From NCBI GenBank assembly GCA_029932605.1, contig JAOZPT010000003.1:1-42490 (forward strand): a stretch of DNA of 42,490 bases. Direction: 5' to 3'. Each line of letters starts with the position of its first letter. The first letter of the stretch is position 1. The DNA is from Candidatus Zixiibacteriota bacterium. GTDB taxonomy: Bacteria; Zixibacteria; MSB-5A5; UBA10806; 4484-95. The notes under the pieces were generated by a model. The model was not told the DNA's origin and made no database searches. It saw nothing but the letters and a program-made list of their open reading frames with translations. The translations under genes were made by a program, and so were the position numbers. This document shows, piece after piece, positions 39,464 to 42,490 of the stretch.

Positions 39464-39841
39464 TCAAATATAAGCAATAGCTTCAACCTCAATATCCACA
39501 TCCTTTGGTAACCTTGCCACCTCAACCGCTGAACGAGCGGGGAAGACCTCTTTGAAATGCTGCGAATAAATCTCGTTCACTCTGGTGAAGTTATCCATAT
39601 TTTTCAGGAAAACAGTCACCTTAATAGCTTTTTCCAAATCACTGCCAGCCGCTTTTAAAACAGCACCCAGATTTTTGAAAACAAGCTCGGCCTGTTTTTC
39701 AATAGGCCCTGTCTCAAGATTGCCAGAAGCTGGATCAATCGGTATCTGTCCGGAGGTAAAAACCAGGTTGCCGGAGACAATCGCCTGAGAATACGGCCCT
39801 ATCGCTTTCGGGGCTTTATCTGTAACCACTGCTTTTTTCAT
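39464..39841 (-). CDS. ridA: RidA/YjgF enamine-imine deaminase
   Basis: 'APKAIGPYSQA', 'FTSGQIP', 'PARSAVEVARLPKDVDIEVEAIA' with the catalytic Arg present. Confidence 0.93.
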   Translation of the reverse strand: MKKAVVTDKAPKAIGPYSQAIVSGNLVFTSGQIPIDPASGNLETGPIEKQAELVFKNLGAVLKAAGSDLEKAIKVTVFLKNMDNFTRVNEIYSQHFKEVFPARSAVEVARLPKDVDIEVEAIAYI

Positions 39842-39991
39842 TTTACATTCCCCTTAAACTCGTTGAAAGTGTTTGCCTATATTTGTAATATATTTTACCA
39901 TGTTTTTGAAATATTGGCAAATTATGATTGAAAAAATCAAGAAACACGGCAATGAATTTTAACGCCAACTCGTTTTATCACGTGATTATTT

Positions 39992-40927
39992 TTACACTAT
40001 ATACGCCTTGAATATCAGATAGATCATTATCAAAAAAACTACAGCCACTGCCCCGATTGAAAGGTTTCTTTTAAAAAAAGGATTAAACTGTGGATATTTA
40101 TAATACGGTGAGCGCACGTCTTTAGTAATATCCTCTCCCCGTAAGAAACGGTTTATAATTTTAGCCGATATTTCCGAAAAAACCTCTATGGATGCCTCAG
40201 CGAAAGCGGTACTTGCCATTGCCGGTGCACCTATGTATCCCTGCCACTGTTTATGTTCGGACAACACTCTCTTCGTAACCATGTTTTTTAAATATGGTTT
40301 CAGGTCTTTATAAGAGCTATCAACCAGCTCCGGATAAAGCTTAAGCATCATCGAGGTCTCCCACCAGCCGGCATGATAATCATACTTTAAGAGCTGTTTT
40401 TCCTCCTTGGTGTAATATCTCCCCAATTTCCGGGCAATTGCCTCATACATCTTACCATTTAAAAAATCAGCTATAATAGCTCCGGATAAACAGACCATTC
40501 TTGCTTTATGTTTTTTTGTTACTCTATAGCAGGCTTTTTCAATTGCCACAATCTGCTTTGCCGTTCCATGAGTAGTCAGCACAAAAATATTTTTGAAACC
40601 ATAAACGGCCAGAGAGTTACCGGTATTATAGATTACATCGTAAACGGTACCAGGCCTCACATAGAATGAACCGATATGTTTGTAAACCTGTGTTCCAACC
40701 GGCAGAAGCGGAAATAACGCAACATCATATTCGGGGTGATTTGAGATGATGTGCTTGGCGGCATGTTCGGCAAAAAAATAAGCGTTTAAGGCGTCAACAC
40801 CAACGGGCAGGTGCGGGCCATGCTCTTCCAAAGGTGAAATTGCGATGACAAACACAGTCCTTTCCCTATCCAACGCCTCGATTTGCGGATACGATAGCCT
40901 TTCCAAATTATGGATTTTTCCAGCCAT
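39992..40927 (-). CDS. Creatininase-family amidohydrolase with C-terminal transmembrane helix
   Basis: 'LEEHGPHLPVGVD', 'THG', 'DYHAGWWETS', hydrophobic C-terminus. Likely start is the ATG at 40927. Confidence 0.85.
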   Translation of the reverse strand: MAGKIHNLERLSYPQIEALDRERTVFVIAISPLEEHGPHLPVGVDALNAYFFAEHAAKHIISNHPEYDVALFPLLPVGTQVYKHIGSFYVRPGTVYDVIYNTGNSLAVYGFKNIFVLTTHGTAKQIVAIEKACYRVTKKHKARMVCLSGAIIADFLNGKMYEAIARKLGRYYTKEEKQLLKYDYHAGWWETSMMLKLYPELVDSSYKDLKPYLKNMVTKRVLSEHKQWQGYIGAPAMASTAFAEASIEVFSEISAKIINRFLRGEDITKDVRSPYYKYPQFNPFFKRNLSIGAVAVVFLIMIYLIFKAYIV

Positions 40928-40933
40928 GAAGCA

Positions 40934-40962
40934 ATAGTAACTATGGCGGTTAGCGCTGTCAA
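40934..40962 (-). promoter_or_regulatory. Sigma70 promoter, probably leaderless, for the creatininase-family gene
   Basis: TTGACA-17 nt-TACTAT-6 nt-ATG, with no SD. Confidence 0.6.
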
Positions 40963-40988
40963 GAGATGAATAAAGCCTGATTTTGATA

Positions 40989-41016
40989 TTGACCATTTGA
41001 ATATTTATGGTATTAT
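40989..41016 (+). promoter_or_regulatory. Sigma70 promoter, probably leaderless, for the radical SAM gene
   Basis: TTGACC-16 nt ending TGG-TATTAT-7 nt-GTG (41024), with no SD. Confidence 0.45.
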
Positions 41017-41023
41017 ATACATT

Positions 41024-41923
41024 GTGTTAACCAGCTTACATTTTCTTCTAACATATACCTGCTTATATGAGTGTGACCATTGTTTTCTGTATTGCGAACC
41101 ATATTCTGAGGGAACATTCACAATCGACCAGGTTGAGAAAGCTTTGTCCCAGGCGGTTGAGGCCGGCATAAGCTCTATTTATATAGAGGGAGGTGAGCCG
41201 TTCTTATATTATCCGCTAATGCTGGAGGCACTTCGAATAGCTAAAAAACATAAGCTCTTAACCGGCATTGTCACTGATTGCTATTTTGCGTTTTCTGAAA
41301 GGGATGCCGAGTTGTGGCTTAAGCCCATTGTGGAAATTGGCCTTGACAGCCTCTCTGTCTCCGATGATGTCTTCCATAGCGAGGATGTCGATAATAGCCC
41401 GGCCAAAATCGCTGTAAGAGCCGCTTTAAAACTTGGAATGGATGTTGGTACTATCTGTATCGAGAAACCTATCAGTATCCCGAAGATAAATGGAGAGGCC
41501 GGCCAGCCTGTGGTTGGTGGTGATGTAAGGTTCATAGGAAGGGCTGTGGATAAACTTACACAGGGACTACCCAGAAGGCATTTCGAATCTTTCGATGAGT
41601 GCCCTCATGAGAAACTTGACAAGCCCGAGCGGGTTCACCTTGACCCTTTTGGCAATATGTTCGTCTGCCAGGGGTTGTCAATCGGCAATATCTGGAAAAA
41701 GCCGTTGAAAAAGATTATGGATGATTATCAACCCGACCGGCATCCCATAATAGGACCTCTTTTAAAAGGCGGACCTGCTGAGCTTGCCAGACAATTCGGC
41801 CTTCCCGAAAGCGAAAACTATGTCGACCATTGCCATCTTTGTTATCTGATAAGGAAAAAACTTATAGATAGATTTCCTGAGTATCTTTGTCCCAAACAGG
41901 TATATGGTATAAAAGAGGAATAA
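41024..41923 (+). CDS. Radical SAM protein with Cys-containing C-terminal (SPASM/twitch-like) extension
   Basis: 'TYTCLYECDHCF' CxxxCxxC and 'EGGEPFL'. Extra Cys in 'DECPH', 'FVCQG', 'HCHLCY'. Start is the GTG at 41024 or the TTG at 40997. Confidence 0.88.
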   Translation: MLTSLHFLLTYTCLYECDHCFLYCEPYSEGTFTIDQVEKALSQAVEAGISSIYIEGGEPFLYYPLMLEALRIAKKHKLLTGIVTDCYFAFSERDAELWLKPIVEIGLDSLSVSDDVFHSEDVDNSPAKIAVRAALKLGMDVGTICIEKPISIPKINGEAGQPVVGGDVRFIGRAVDKLTQGLPRRHFESFDECPHEKLDKPERVHLDPFGNMFVCQGLSIGNIWKKPLKKIMDDYQPDRHPIIGPLLKGGPAELARQFGLPESENYVDHCHLCYLIRKKLIDRFPEYLCPKQVYGIKEE

Positions 41924-41960
41924 CTAAAAAAACCTTATTAATTTTTCAGAGTTAAAACTT

Positions 41961-42490
41961 ATGATTGGAAGATTTACAATACAATTCAAGGGGCTAATCG
42001 CTTCTACAACCGTAATTTTTTTAATTTATTTACCACAGGTGGGAAACTGCACCACATTCAGCTGTGAAACATTGAATGAAAAAAATCCAACGATGCAAGA
42101 AATCAACATTTCACTATATGGTCAATTTTCTTTATCCACGTATAACCAAAATGTTATCAATTCAGATAGAAAAGAGGGATTAAGTTCTGTAAGTTCGTCA
42201 TCATATAAAAGGAAAAGTCCAGGTGCAGTTTTCGCTATAGCATTTTTCCCGGGATTTTTTGTTCATGGCTTAGGGCATTATTACATTGGAGAAACAGGAA
42301 CAGGAACCTTGCTACTAAGTGCAGAACTCTTATCTGGATTGGTATTTTTTGGAGCCATGGTAAGTGGTGTTGGGGGCAGTGAATCAAGAGAAAGACAGGA
42401 TGAACCAAGGAGTCTTGCATGTCTAGGTATGATCTTATTTTTTGGTTCCTGGGCTTATGATTTCATCGGTGCTCCAAAAAAGGCTGAAAA
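41961..42490 (+). CDS. Partial membrane protein with TM2-like motif (runs off the window end)
   Basis: Open frame from ATG 41961 to the end: MIGRFTIQFKGLIASTTVIFLIYLPQVGNC...KRKSPGAVFAIAFFPGFFVHGLGHYYIGETGTG...GMILFFGSWAYDFIGAPKKAE. Not in the ORF track because there is no stop. Confidence 0.7.
   Translation, partial: MIGRFTIQFKGLIASTTVIFLIYLPQVGNCTTFSCETLNEKNPTMQEINISLYGQFSLSTYNQNVINSDRKEGLSSVSSSSYKRKSPGAVFAIAFFPGFFVHGLGHYYIGETGTGTLLLSAELLSGLVFFGAMVSGVGGSESRERQDEPRSLACLGMILFFGSWAYDFIGAPKKAE

Noticed and set aside
2126..42420. Numerous 60-160 aa ORFs overlapping the main genes on the opposite strand or in alternate frames
   Set aside because: They are shadow ORFs of well-supported genes and carry no family motifs.
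1..42490. Genome-wide UGA reassignment (genetic code 4/25)
   Set aside because: TGA acts as a normal stop at expected C-termini, for example liuB 'GVFRM', liuC, hdrC, korD, ridA and glnS.
1..42490. CRISPR array, tRNA (including tRNA-Sec) or rRNA
   Set aside because: No regularly spaced repeats or cloverleaf/rRNA-like segments were seen by eye in the intergenic regions. A covariance-model scan was not possible.

Overview
Bacterial chromosomal window from an anaerobe. C-terminal 'NxPNPFN...WDG...SGxYF' sorting domains suggest the FCB superphylum, possibly Zixibacteria-like; this is inference, not a database result. From left to right: (1) a degraded IS256-family transposase tail; (2) an operon joining the archaeal-type HMG-CoA synthase/thiolase/DUF35 module to methylcrotonyl-CoA carboxylase and methylglutaconyl-CoA hydratase-like genes, with no HMG-CoA lyase or isovaleryl-CoA dehydrogenase in the window, followed by hdrC-hdrB; (3) a Zn-alcohol dehydrogenase and an ECF S component; (4) a ~10 kb minus-strand operon, korDABC - tandem HdrA - mvhD - HdrD-like - HdrA-MvhD fusion. 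Both HdrA genes are split in the ORF track by an in-frame TGA at a conserved Cys and are followed by covarying SECIS-like hairpins, so they are very probably selenoproteins. A Rex-like operator overlaps this operon's promoter; (5) divergent from it, an orphan 2-oxoacid oxidoreductase gamma subunit and a 984-aa tandem nucleotidyltransferase (GlnE/GlnD/DUF294-like), converging on glnS; (6) two secreted proteins with sorting domains (an S8 protease and an unknown protein), an HD-GYP protein, a GAF histidine kinase, a lipoprotein, a beta-barrel protein, RidA, a back-to-back and apparently leaderless creatininase-family/radical SAM pair, and a membrane-protein ORF running off the right edge. The best candidates for new biology are the HMG-CoA/liu hybrid operon, the hydrogenase-less Kor-selenoHdr operon with its asymmetric single-chain HdrA pseudo-dimer, and the GlnE-like modifier paired with an extra gamma subunit. 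No rRNA, tRNA or CRISPR array was seen.
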